This document shows, piece after piece, positions 1 through 8,728 of a stretch of 32,000 nt of DNA. Each line of letters starts with the position of its first letter. The stretch's first letter is position 1. A model generated the notes under the pieces. It worked only from the letters and a program-made list of their open reading frames with translations, was not told where the DNA came from and searched no databases. The position numbers and the translations under genes are program-made. The DNA comes from Chlamydiota bacterium. Lineage in GTDB: Bacteria; Auribacterota; JACPWU01. The DNA lies in assembly GCA_016196885.1 (NCBI GenBank), contig JACPWU010000046.1, forward strand, positions 1 through 32,000, read 5' to 3'.

Positions 1-350
1 AACTGTAAAAGCGGGTTCATGATGGTTCATCGGCTCTCTCATTGGGGAGACCGTAAATCAGGCAATTTAAAAAACAAAAAATTGCTAAGGGGGAGAATTT
101 TTCCTTGACTTACTTTTCCATAGACATTCCCGCAGGTTTCAACGAAATAGCCCCTGTGGGGTAAGCGGGAATCCAGGTGGATGGTCCCCCCGATTAAACA
201 TGTCCCCGAGAGTTTAAATCGGGGAACACTCGGGGATGACCTGATTTGCAGGTGCTTTGATCCCATGGTAAGCTTTCACAAGCGTCACTAACACGTAGCA
301 GAATAACCCTGATGAGAAACGTAGACTACAAAGCAGGCTACTGAATGTTT

Positions 351-449
351 TTACAAGCAGGGGTTAAAAAGATCTCTTTCTAATAGAATATGAGCAGAGC
401 GTAAATTTTCTTGAGCATATTTCAACCATCTTTGTGCTTCATCTTTCAT
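351..449 (-). pseudogene. HEPN-domain protein, N-terminal remnant (32 codons, then the frame collapses)
   Basis: The minus-strand ATG at 449-447 overlaps the end of the nucleotidyltransferase ORF by 11 nt. The translation MKDEAQRWLKYAQENLRSAHILLERDLFNPCL-stop looks like the first helix of HEPN partners of minimal nucleotidyltransferases. Downstream frames carry stops and no HEPN-like sequence. Confidence 0.4.
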
Positions 450-744
450 AAACCACTTCTCCGCGTTTCACTTCAGAAAGAAAAGAATCATTTTCGACTC
501 CCATTCTGATGGGAAAAATATCTACAGCAATTCTGCGCGAAATAGGTCGAATGTCTTTACGATATTTTAAGGCCAAGGACAGATAAGATTGGTGACTATC
601 CTGAAAGACTGCAACATCTAAATCATGGGGATTTAAAGAATCCAAAAAAGAACCGAAGATTACAATTTTTCTGATTTCTTTTTCTACAGCTAAATATAAA
701 ACCAGATCTCTTTTTATCTCTTTTTTTTCGTCTTCTGTCAGCAC
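439..744 (-). CDS. minimal nucleotidyltransferase-domain protein (MntA-like antitoxin type)
   Basis: 101-aa ORF with the pol-beta-type NTase signature IVIFGSFLDSLNPHDLDVAVF (GS ... DxD), followed by a HEPN-like remnant. Confidence 0.8.
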   Translation of the reverse strand: MLTEDEKKEIKRDLVLYLAVEKEIRKIVIFGSFLDSLNPHDLDVAVFQDSHQSYLSLALKYRKDIRPISRRIAVDIFPIRMGVENDSFLSEVKRGEVVYER

Positions 745-807
745 ATTGTCACCCCCTTCGCCACTCTTACAAAAAAACCTCAGCAGATTGAATCTAAGCA
801 GACTGTA

Positions 808-1056
808 TTAAGAGTTCAATACCTGCATTCGATCTCGCAAAAATTCTGGAGCCAGATCAGCTCCATTTTTCCAGACCAGGGTTTCTAGTTCTGGATCTAC
901 TCGAAAGGATTTAAATCTTTTAATATTTTTTAATGGCTCAAACATCTCTCCATAGAGTTCGTCTTTTAAATCTACGATCCCTTCAGACCCGTCATTGAGC
1001 CGCAACCAAATCATATATTTTTTTTTATATTTTGCTTTTACAATATGTAAAATCAT
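808..1056 (-). CDS. DUF2442 domain protein
   Basis: 82 aa. The pattern LRLNDGSEGIVDLKDELYGEMFEPLKN...FRVDPELETLVWKNGADLAPEFL is typical of DUF2442. It sits directly downstream of a DUF4160 gene, the usual pairing. Confidence 0.85.
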   Translation of the reverse strand: MILHIVKAKYKKKYMIWLRLNDGSEGIVDLKDELYGEMFEPLKNIKRFKSFRVDPELETLVWKNGADLAPEFLRDRMQVLNS

Positions 1057-1060
1057 ATTT

Positions 1061-1321
1061 TCACTCTAAGGGTGGAATACAACGAAGAGGGCTCCTTTTT
1101 CTTGCCCGATCCCAATCATCCATCAACTCACTCAGATGAATTTTTCTCCACGCATTCACCAATCCCAAGGCTCGTTTGGACAAAGATCCTTTGATAATTT
1201 TTCCGCTTTCGATCTCAATCACGGCCTCCTCACCGCCATACTTGGCGTGAAAATGGGGTGGAGCATGATCATTCCAATAAATCGCAATGAGAATTCCGAA
1301 AAACCTACTAATGATTGGCAT
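1061..1321 (-). CDS. DUF4160 domain protein
   Basis: 86 aa. MPIISRFFGILIAIYWNDHAPPHFHAKYGGEEAVIEI matches the DUF4160 signature (dH-PPHfHa-Y). Confidence 0.9.
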   Translation of the reverse strand: MPIISRFFGILIAIYWNDHAPPHFHAKYGGEEAVIEIESGKIIKGSLSKRALGLVNAWRKIHLSELMDDWDRARKRSPLRCIPPLE

Positions 1322-1374
1322 GAGCTGATTTTACCATAAAAAGAGATGGACTTTTCAAAAAAAACTTAAACTCA

Positions 1375-4300
1375 TTACATGCTTTTTTCCGTCATCTCCG
1401 TCGTTTCACGAAATTTCTGCATCCTATCACGCCAATGGCTTACGCTTGTGAAGGGCGTGACTTGATGCTCGCCCAAATCCACAAGCAACCCTTTTAGCTC
1501 ATCAGCTTTAAAACCATGCTGAAGCAATGCTCGCGTCATTGCTTCGGCATCCCCATAACAAATAGCTGCCATCACGGAAACCATCTCTTGACCGTACATA
1601 AATTTATCAAAGAGCCCTTGAATGGGCTCGTACAAGTTTCTATTTTCACGATGCCCCAGCAGCCACTTTTCCACTTCCTTCCCCTGAAAAAGTTCCCTCA
1701 CTTTTGTATCAACTGCAGCTCTCGCATCCTGCTCATTCAAATCTGTCAGGAAAAGAACTCTATCTTGAGGAATGTGATGTTCCTTGCAAAGGGCATCAAA
1801 CTCTTCTCTAGATCTTTTTCGTTCCACAAAAACCATTTTGCGATTTTCTGTTCCAGATTCTTTAATGAATTCTGTCGGACTCAAGCCCCCCAAACTTTGA
1901 ACCAGTAAATCCATATCGGGGAATAGACACACAGGTTTTTGATCTGCAGATGGTTTTAAGGCCCCTAAAACTTTTTTCTGAAAATGACGAAGCTTTGTTT
2001 TTAATCCCATCAGATAAGCGAGGGCCAAAGATAAATCTTTAGGCCGTGACACTTGAACATGCGTAACACCCAGCGTCTCGGAATTCAATTGCTCAGTCAT
2101 CTCCCCTATTTCCATTTCAGATAACGCACCCTTCGTATCCTGTCTGATAGACCAGGTCACGTCTGAACTGAAATCAAGGGTAACCAAACCCTTCTGAAAC
2201 TCTCCTCTTTCTACCTTTCCTTCAAGCTCTTGTTCAACATTTCTAACTGTTTGATCTAACCCCTCCTCAGCCAGCAATCTCCTAGTCTCTAGCCCAAGAG
2301 AAAGTCTCTGGGCCTTTGCCTGAAAAGCCTTTGCCTGTTCAATAAGATCCGGATGTTTGACTTGGATCATGAGTTCGACCAGTGCAGCATCTAAAACGCT
2401 AAGATCATTTTCTGAGACAGCAAATGAACGTGTCCCCCTTCCCAACGTCCAAAGAATGTCATAAACCGTTTGGCTCTCCATCCACTCTTTGAGCGAAAGT
2501 CCACCCGTTATTTTCTCCTTTGCCCAGGATTCGAAAGAAAAAATTTCTTTCTTCTTCGTAATCAATATTTTGGAAGGAGCCGCACCACGCATAAAGCCAG
2601 GAGAGAGTAAATAGCTACCGTTGGCAAAAATCTTTGCATTCCCTCCGTGGTCTAGAAGCATCGCCTGAACACAACCTTTCTCGGCCGCAAGCTGAGCAAT
2701 TTCCCCAAGTGTCGTTCCTTCTCTGCCAGATTTTCCGCCATTGCCAAGAAGCACAAAACTCCCATCCTGAGTCACCCCAACAACCGTTCTAGGGTAAACT
2801 CCTTCCTTAAGGAAAATATCAATTCCATTCCCTTTAAAAGCAAATTCTCCTTTTCTTCGAACAGCCCCAGCTTCTTTTTCTTGATATCCCATTTTTTCTA
2901 AAAGCTTACGCAACACCTCTTGAGAAACTGCCTTCTCTTGAAACTCAATACGATCTCCCACTCTTAAACCTACTTTTACCTTAAGAGAAAGATGAATCGC
3001 ATGTATCCATGCCTCTTTTGCCGAGGCATAGTCATTTTCTGAAAGCTCAGATACGCCAAAATAGACTTCTCCTCGCGAGACTATTTCACCTTGAACATCA
3101 GAAATATCTTTAATGAAAATTCTAGGCAACTGAAAGACATGCCTTAAATCTTGAAACTGAGGAATAATATTTTCAATATCTTTCCGAGGATTTCCTCCAC
3201 CCTCTAGAAGAAATTGTCCAAACGTTACACCCTCAACTTCATCCGTAATATCCTGCCCCGCCATTAAAACCTGAATGCGAGCATCCTGCTGTGAATAGGT
3301 AACCTCCCCCATCTCAACTTTTCCATCCTTCTTAATCACAAGAGAACTATACGAATGAGCCGTTGGGTTTTCACTGTCTATATGAAAGAGTTGACCCTGA
3401 GTAAAAGTAACAAAACCTTGATTGAAGAAAAGACACGCATTGTCCGCAAAAGCGATCACATGAAGATCTGGATGTTCTGCTTCAAAAACTTTTACAGCTT
3501 CTTCGTCACTCCGTAAATGCTTTACAACTTCCTTAGGATCATTCGTGCGAACACCCCCTGGACCTGTATAAGTAAATGTTTGCGTATCGTGATCTGCAGT
3601 GATACGCCCCTGAAGATCGGCCTGAACAACCACATGCACTGCATACGCTTGAGGATTCACTTGCACCATTGCGATAGGGACCCCATTGGATGTGGCAGTG
3701 GTAGATATTTTAACTGGCTCTTCGACTGGAGAAAGAATAGGTTCTGGAATTCCTGCATTAATAAAAATTTGGAAAAGGGCCTGAGCTTTAGCCTCAGAAG
3801 ATCCAATAATTGCCGCTCTTATTTCAGACTCATTCGTAAATCGCCTCAATTGCTCTAATAAAGACTGAGAACCCCCTTCATGAGCGATTTGCAGCCATGT
3901 TCTAACCTGATTTTCATCGACACGATAATGAATGGGCCAAGGTAGTATATCTTTTAATTCTTTGAGCAATGAGTCCACAGATATTTCACCAACGCCCTTC
4001 CCCGCCATCGCCAAAGGCTTACTAATTTTTTGCGCAATCACCGCATCGTAGAAGCTATGGGCAAGGCCCACCAGCCCAAGAGCAGCTCCTATCGCAATCA
4101 ATGGGCCAAATGCAGTGAGTCCACCTACGAGAACGACATACGCCTGCCGAAGACCCAGGGCGATCACGAAAAGCCAGCCCCAATCTTTCCAAGTGGCCCT
4201 TGCTCCTTTTAACTCCAGTTTTCCATTCTCTCTCACCCACCGTTTCACTTCTGGATGGAACAAGGGAAACATCAAAGCACTGCCCCAAGAGCCCACATAA

Positions 4301-5427
4301 CGTCCCATCGAACGATCCACGCCAAAAAGATAATGCAAGGCAAGAGAAATTCCCTCTATCATCATCAATGAAAATAAAATTTCCTCCGTCCCGGAAAACC
4401 AGGCAATCGCTCGATCTGAAAAGCCCCATCGTTTTAAAAATTGATAATATCCTGACGCCAGCCCTAGGGAAGAAGCGCTGCCAAATGCTTCCCCATAAAT
4501 ACTCTTGACTTGCCTCGGACTTGATTCTAAGATTTTTCTCATGAATGAGAGAAAGACTCCAAAACCTATTCCTACTCCAGAAGAAACCCAGCGATACAAC
4601 TCCGTCATCATTGAGGAGATGAGAAGCCAATTTAAGGTTTTTGGCGAAGGACTCTCTGGACTGAGAGAGCGCATGGACCTGGGATTTGATGAGACCAGGA
4701 GAGAATTTTTAAAAATCGATAAGCGATTTGAAAAAGTTGACCAAAGATTTGCTAAAGCGGAAGAAACCCTTAAATTCCTTTCCTCTGGATTTTTAGAACT
4801 GAGCGACGGCCAAACCCGAACCCAATCCCAGCTCCAGAAATTAGATGAAAAAGTCTCGAAAATTGACTCTAGAGTCGCAAAGCTAGAAGAAAGCAACGCC
4901 CGTATTGAATCCGATATTCGCCTCATCAAAAACGACATCAAAGTTAAAGTAAGTTTAGAAGAATTTAAAGTGCTTGAAAATAGGCTTGCGATCGTTGAAA
5001 AAAGACTCGCTGCCCTTCCCATCTCTGCTTGATTAGCGCTATTTGAAATCCTTCTGGAACCCCCTATACTGCGTATCAAGCCATCCACATCCCCTTCATA
5101 TCCGCCTAACTCCAGCACTCTTTTCAGATAAATTTCTACGGGATGAGTGGTTTCTTTATCACTCAGAAAAAATCGCATCTGATCTTGCGTGAGCGTGGTC
5201 ACACGCTCAAGCCAGAGAAGAGGATTTTTCTGCAATTCTCCAGGAATTTGCAAATGATCGCCCTTAAGCACTTTTCGCTCTATTTCTCGAATAACCCCTT
5301 CTAAATCTCTCGCCCCCGCTTCCCCATATTCTAAATTAAGTTCTCGGGCCAAAGCTTCTTGATCCCTTTGCCATTGGTCAAATTGGAGAGCAGTGAGCCC
5401 CGCGGCAAGAGCAGCCTCTTCGCCCAA
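1375..5427 (-). CDS. giant multidomain membrane protein: CPBP/Abi-like TM module plus a phosphodiester glycosidase (NAGPA/DUF2233)-like domain; paralog of 22811..27523 in its N-terminal part
   Basis: Uninterrupted 1350-codon frame with a TTG start in the ORF track. CPBP-like motifs: EEILFS, FPLFH and HSFYD inside a hydrophobic block. NAGPA-like stretch: YPRTVVGVTQDGSFVLLGNGGKSGREGTTLGEIAQLAAEKGCVQAMLLDHGGNAKIF. Codons about 130-310 are Ser/Leu/Trp-rich low complexity, being the antisense of the ORF at 4541..5032, so it is uncertain whether one continuous protein is made. The first ~45 codons are homologous to the C-terminal tail of the 666-aa ORF (shared FDQW motif). Confidence 0.6.
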   Translation of the reverse strand: MGEEAALAAGLTALQFDQWQRDQEALARELNLEYGEAGARDLEGVIREIERKVLKGDHLQIPGELQKNPLLWLERVTTLTQDQMRFFLSDKETTHPVEIYLKRVLELGGYEGDVDGLIRSIGGSRRISNSANQAEMGRAASLFSTIASLFSSTLNSSKLTLTLMSFLMRRISDSIRALLSSSFATLESIFETFSSNFWSWDWVRVWPSLSSKNPEERNLRVSSALANLWSTFSNRLSIFKNSLLVSSNPRSMRSLSPESPSPKTLNWLLISSMMTELYRWVSSGVGIGFGVFLSFMRKILESSPRQVKSIYGEAFGSASSLGLASGYYQFLKRWGFSDRAIAWFSGTEEILFSLMMIEGISLALHYLFGVDRSMGRYVGSWGSALMFPLFHPEVKRWVRENGKLELKGARATWKDWGWLFVIALGLRQAYVVLVGGLTAFGPLIAIGAALGLVGLAHSFYDAVIAQKISKPLAMAGKGVGEISVDSLLKELKDILPWPIHYRVDENQVRTWLQIAHEGGSQSLLEQLRRFTNESEIRAAIIGSSEAKAQALFQIFINAGIPEPILSPVEEPVKISTTATSNGVPIAMVQVNPQAYAVHVVVQADLQGRITADHDTQTFTYTGPGGVRTNDPKEVVKHLRSDEEAVKVFEAEHPDLHVIAFADNACLFFNQGFVTFTQGQLFHIDSENPTAHSYSSLVIKKDGKVEMGEVTYSQQDARIQVLMAGQDITDEVEGVTFGQFLLEGGGNPRKDIENIIPQFQDLRHVFQLPRIFIKDISDVQGEIVSRGEVYFGVSELSENDYASAKEAWIHAIHLSLKVKVGLRVGDRIEFQEKAVSQEVLRKLLEKMGYQEKEAGAVRRKGEFAFKGNGIDIFLKEGVYPRTVVGVTQDGSFVLLGNGGKSGREGTTLGEIAQLAAEKGCVQAMLLDHGGNAKIFANGSYLLSPGFMRGAAPSKILITKKKEIFSFESWAKEKITGGLSLKEWMESQTVYDILWTLGRGTRSFAVSENDLSVLDAALVELMIQVKHPDLIEQAKAFQAKAQRLSLGLETRRLLAEEGLDQTVRNVEQELEGKVERGEFQKGLVTLDFSSDVTWSIRQDTKGALSEMEIGEMTEQLNSETLGVTHVQVSRPKDLSLALAYLMGLKTKLRHFQKKVLGALKPSADQKPVCLFPDMDLLVQSLGGLSPTEFIKESGTENRKMVFVERKRSREEFDALCKEHHIPQDRVLFLTDLNEQDARAAVDTKVRELFQGKEVEKWLLGHRENRNLYEPIQGLFDKFMYGQEMVSVMAAICYGDAEAMTRALLQHGFKADELKGLLVDLGEHQVTPFTSVSHWRDRMQKFRETTEMTEKSM
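4505..4533 (+). promoter_or_regulatory. candidate sigma70-type promoter for the embedded plus-strand ORF (TTGACT-17 nt-TAAGAT)
   Basis: TTGACT at 4505-4510, a 17-nt spacer, and TAAGAT at 4528-4533. The ATG at 4541 lies 7 nt after the -10 box and has no SD, which fits a leaderless or near-leaderless transcript. Confidence 0.35.
4541..5032 (+). CDS. coiled-coil protein embedded antisense within the giant ORF
   Basis: 163 codons from the ATG (the ORF track starts at TTG 4505). The composition is protein-like and heptad-like: LRERMDLGFDETRREFLKIDKRFEKVDQRFAKAEETL...LDEKVSKIDSRVAKLEESNARIESDIRLIKNDI...LENRLAIVEKRLAAL. The opposite-strand translation over the same bases is atypical (roughly 25% Ser, several Trp). 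Confidence 0.5.
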   Translation: MNERKTPKPIPTPEETQRYNSVIIEEMRSQFKVFGEGLSGLRERMDLGFDETRREFLKIDKRFEKVDQRFAKAEETLKFLSSGFLELSDGQTRTQSQLQKLDEKVSKIDSRVAKLEESNARIESDIRLIKNDIKVKVSLEEFKVLENRLAIVEKRLAALPISA

Positions 5428-5891
5428 AGAGCCTATTTCCTCAAGAAAGTGAAGCCTCGCGATTTTCTGAAGGGTCGGAAGTGAGGCCTCTTTAAGGCAT
5501 CAGGAGCGCCCGAAACAAATCCAAACTGCTCTTTCATCTTCCTAAAATAGGCGCTGCGATCATTATGACCCGTCATACGAGGCGCAATCACCCAATAACC
5601 GATCTTGGCCTCTTTCAATTTCTTCGTAATCCCTTCCGTATGAAACCCACCCACCACAAGCGCTGCACAGGTGAGTTTCTTTTCCTGAATAATTTCAAGA
5701 GACTTCTCGAACATGATTTGGTCTCGCTTCAGAACTTGGGCATAGAATTTTTGGGAGAGGACGAAGATCTCTCCAAAATCTTCAAGAATAGGGGATGATA
5801 GATTATTTGCTTCAGAATTGACTTCTTTTGTTAAGGTCTTCAGACGATAAAGGAAGTCTTTTACATATTCTTCTTCTCTTTGTGAGTCTTT

Positions 5892-6025
5892 CCTCCCCCT
5901 TATTTTTTTAAGGGGGACTGGGGGGGTTAACTCCTCTTCTTTCATAACTCCCCTAACCCCTCTCAAGCTTTTACAAGATTTTATAGTCCCCACGGGATAG
6001 TCCCCTTGGGATATCTTAAGAGGGG
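5892..6025. repeat. multi-hairpin palindromic element lying in frame inside the coding sequence (same family as 27979..28064 and 28326..28426)
   Basis: Hairpins CCCCCTTA-loop-TAAGGGGG, GGGGGTTAA...TAACCCCTC, and CCCCTCT...AGAGGGG. Translated as SPLK...LRGVRGVMKEEELTPPVPLKKIRGRK. Confidence 0.6.
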
Positions 6026-6925
6026 AAAAAGAACCACCCCATACAACTTTTACATCCCCCCTTTTCCCTTCCAAATTTACAATACGCTTCAACCGTCTAT
6101 AATCGTCCTGAAGTTGAAAAAGTTCTTTCTCTCGATCCTCTCTCAGCAACACTTTAAAGATTTTCTCTTCCACTTGATGAATTTCATTGTCCAACTGTGT
6201 CCATGAGATTTCACTTAAAAACTTCATTTGCTGAAACAGCAATTCCAAATTTTTGTATTTTTGTGAATCCTGAACTCTACTTAAATATTTACTTAAATAT
6301 AAATAATGTTCCTCATCGCTCACCTGTCCTAAGCGATGCTCTAATACTTGTCTCAAAAGTTCTTTCAATTCCTCTTTTGGAAGTTGCTTTTCTAACACTT
6401 CAAGAAATTCTAAATACTCACTCTCTAATTTCTTATGGTTTGTATCCATTTCCAAAGCTTTCAAGGTTTGAAATTTTCCTAACACCGGATTTCTTTCACC
6501 TATTTTTTCTGAAATACTCTCTCGTATAATCCCACCAAATAAGAAACATATGCATCCATGCCTAATTTCAATGTTTCGTAATTTTCTTTCTTTTTCATCA
6601 ACTCCTGAATCTCTTCAGAATAAATTTTCTCTGACAACTTTTGAAATACATGCTCCAAATCCTGCCAGACCTGTTCTTGCCGCCCCTTTTCCTCCAAAAG
6701 CTCACCCATCACTTTGAGGTTCTGAACATAATCAGGCAAATTTTCGACGCCCACCCCTTTCACTTTTTCAGGGCCCTGCTCAATGAGAAAAGCTTCTACC
6801 GCATCCAATTCATTTTTATCCAAGAATTTCTTTAGGCAAGAGGTCAACACCTTTTGATCCGGAAAGGACCAAAAAAAGGACATGTCCATGTCTTTGCTGG
6901 CGGCTTCGGAGAGAACATAAAAAAG

Positions 6926-6989
6926 GCTGGGGAGCTAGGAGGCTAGAGGACTTCCTCTCCCTAGCTTCCCAGCTTCCTAACTTCCTAGC
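6926..6989. repeat. inverted repeat built from 8-nt units (GCTRGGAG arrays facing CTCCYAGC arrays), inside the coding sequence
   Basis: gctggggagctaggaggctagagga / tcctctccctagcttcccagcttcctaacttcctagc. Equivalent element at 29086..29157. Translated as KLGSWEARERKSSSLLAPQ. Confidence 0.7.
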
Positions 6990-7529
6990 TCTGATTGTCA
7001 TTTCTTCTAATATTTCCAATATCCTTTTGATATTCCCTTGTGCTTCAGCATTACAATGAATGTCTTCAATGATAAAAACATGAGGTTGACCTGGAACTGT
7101 GAATGGGTCTATCACTTCTCCAATGGAGGAAGAAAGGTGAAAAGTCTCAAAAGAAGGTTTTAGCTTCCCATATTTGAGAGAGGACGTTCCCTGAGTAGGA
7201 GTTAGAGTTTTTAGAGGGGTTATAAATTGTGAATCTTAGCCCAACGCATAGGAAAAATCGTAGAACAGAAAGGAAATACAAATAAATAGGCTTATGAACG
7301 ACTGAAGACATCGTTTGCGCCCTTTTTGACAAAGCCTCATAAATCCCCCCAGCCTCAGTGTCCTATTATAAAGACGCAATTGAAGGCTCAAATGCCAAAA
7401 AAATAACGTCAAATTGACCCTTCAGTACCCCTTAAACTCCTATTTTTTACCTAAGTCAAAAAAAGAGTAGACTTTTTTATACTTTGGTATAAACTGTAAG
7501 AGATCGTCGGAAACCTTTGGAAAAGTGAT

Positions 7530-8705
7530 ATGTTTATACGATATTTGGAAAAAGCTATCTTAGAAACTTTGCCCAATAAAATGGTTTTTATTTCGGGACC
7601 CCGTCAAGTGGGTAAAACCACCTTGGCTCGTGAAATTGGGAATCGCCTCTATCACAATAGTCATGCCTATCTTAATTGGGATTACATCGAGGATCGAAGA
7701 ATCATTTCCAAGGGCCTACTTCCAACGGATAAAAAGCTTTTTATCTTTGATGAAATCCACAAATATAAGAATTGGAAAAATTACTTGAAGGGACAATACG
7801 ATAAATACAAAGACACGTTTCGCATCCTTGTTACCGGTAGCGCTAGGCTGGATATTTACAGACGTGGTGGAGACTCGCTTCTCGGACGGTATTATTCCTA
7901 TCGTCTGCATCCATTATCTGTCCATGAGCTTAGCAAAGAAGACGTTCATGTCACACCCATGAAAGAACTCCATTTTATTGAAAGAAATGAACAAGAAAAA
8001 ATTTTTGAAATGCTCCTAAAATTTGGAGGATTCCCGGAAGTTTTCTTTAAACAAAATGAGAAAAATCTTCGCCTTTGGCATCATCAACGCATAGACCGAT
8101 TGGTCAAAGAGGACATTCGAGATGTTGAAAATCTAAGAGACATTTCAGCACTGCAAATTCTGGTAGATATTTTACCCGAAAAAGTGGGTTCTCTCTTTTC
8201 GCTCAACAGCCTCCGAGAAGATTTTAACGTCGCTTATAAAACCATTGCCCTCTGGATGGAGGTGTTGGAAAAATTTTATTATCATTTTCGAATTTATCCC
8301 TATCAGAACACCTTGATTAAATCCCTTCGAAAGGAACCCAAGCTTTATTTATGGGATTGGTCTCAAGTCAAAAACGAAAACGCAAGATTGGAAAATATGG
8401 TAGCCTCTCATCTCTTAAAATTCGTGCACTATCTATCGGATGTTGAAGGGTTTAAAACTCAACTGTCTTATTTAAGAGATAAAGAACAGAGGGAAGTAGA
8501 CTTTATGGTTAGCTTGGACGGGAAACCATGGTTTTGTGTTGAGGTCAAACAAAGTTCAACAGAAGTCCCCAGCTCCTTAAAGTATTTTGCTTCAAAACTT
8601 AAAATCCCTTTTGTTTATCAAGTGACCGGAGAAAAAGATTTTGATTTCATGAAGGACAATGTTCGCATCATTAGCGCATCGAAGTTTTTGAGCGCATTGG
8701 TATAA
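7530..8705 (+). CDS. AAA-family ATPase with a DUF4143-type C-terminal domain
   Basis: Walker A GPRQVGKTT, Walker B LFIFDEIH, ILVTGSARLDIYRRGGDSLLGRYYSYRLHPLS; length 391 aa is typical of the AAA_14/DUF4143 family. Confidence 0.9.
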   Translation: MFIRYLEKAILETLPNKMVFISGPRQVGKTTLAREIGNRLYHNSHAYLNWDYIEDRRIISKGLLPTDKKLFIFDEIHKYKNWKNYLKGQYDKYKDTFRILVTGSARLDIYRRGGDSLLGRYYSYRLHPLSVHELSKEDVHVTPMKELHFIERNEQEKIFEMLLKFGGFPEVFFKQNEKNLRLWHHQRIDRLVKEDIRDVENLRDISALQILVDILPEKVGSLFSLNSLREDFNVAYKTIALWMEVLEKFYYHFRIYPYQNTLIKSLRKEPKLYLWDWSQVKNENARLENMVASHLLKFVHYLSDVEGFKTQLSYLRDKEQREVDFMVSLDGKPWFCVEVKQSSTEVPSSLKYFASKLKIPFVYQVTGEKDFDFMKDNVRIISASKFLSALV

Positions 8706-8728
8706 TAAAAAAATGCGATTCTATTAGC

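Larger units (their letters stand above)
5433..7332 (-). pseudogene. Tiki/TraB/ChaN-like protein, frameshifted paralog of 27442..29442 (fragments of 61, 99, 129 and 350 aa)
   Basis: The four consecutive ORFs align collinearly with the 666-aa ORF. Shared blocks include VFIIEDIHCNAE / VFLIEDIHCNPE, MDMSFF, ESEYLEFLEVLEKQL / ESEYLSFLQTLEKQL, SLRGVRGVMKEEELTPPVPLKKIRGRKDSQREEEYV, and ALVVGGFHTEGITKKLKEAKIGYWVIAP. Frame changes lie near 7235, 6919-6924 (A6), 6503-6508 (T6) and about 5495. Confidence 0.7.

Noticed and set aside
150-191. Minus-strand GGGGGGACCAUCCACCUGGAUUCCCGC, resembling a tmRNA 5' end
   Set aside because: There is no tag-like reading frame ending in Ala-Ala, and no T-arm/CCA partner within reach. 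Only a short similarity to CUGGAUUCGAC.
39-266. 75-aa minus-strand ORF in the ORF track
   Set aside because: The composition is not protein-like (MGSKHLQIRSSPSVPRFKLSG...). It is made entirely of the hairpin-rich segment, and it has no RBS or family resemblance.
308-322. CUGAUGAGAAAC, resembling the hammerhead ribozyme core
   Set aside because: CUGAUGA is followed directly by GAAAC with no stem II, and there are no flanking stems I/III or cleavage-site context.
1516-4630. Plus- and minus-strand short ORFs nested in the giant gene (1516..1908, 3517..3858, 4030..4212, 4055..4630, 4115..4300, 4200..4508)
   Set aside because: They are alternative-frame or antisense products of a long, well-supported frame. 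Their composition is low-complexity or Cys/His/Arg-rich, and they have no start signals. Only 4541..5032 stood out as protein-like.
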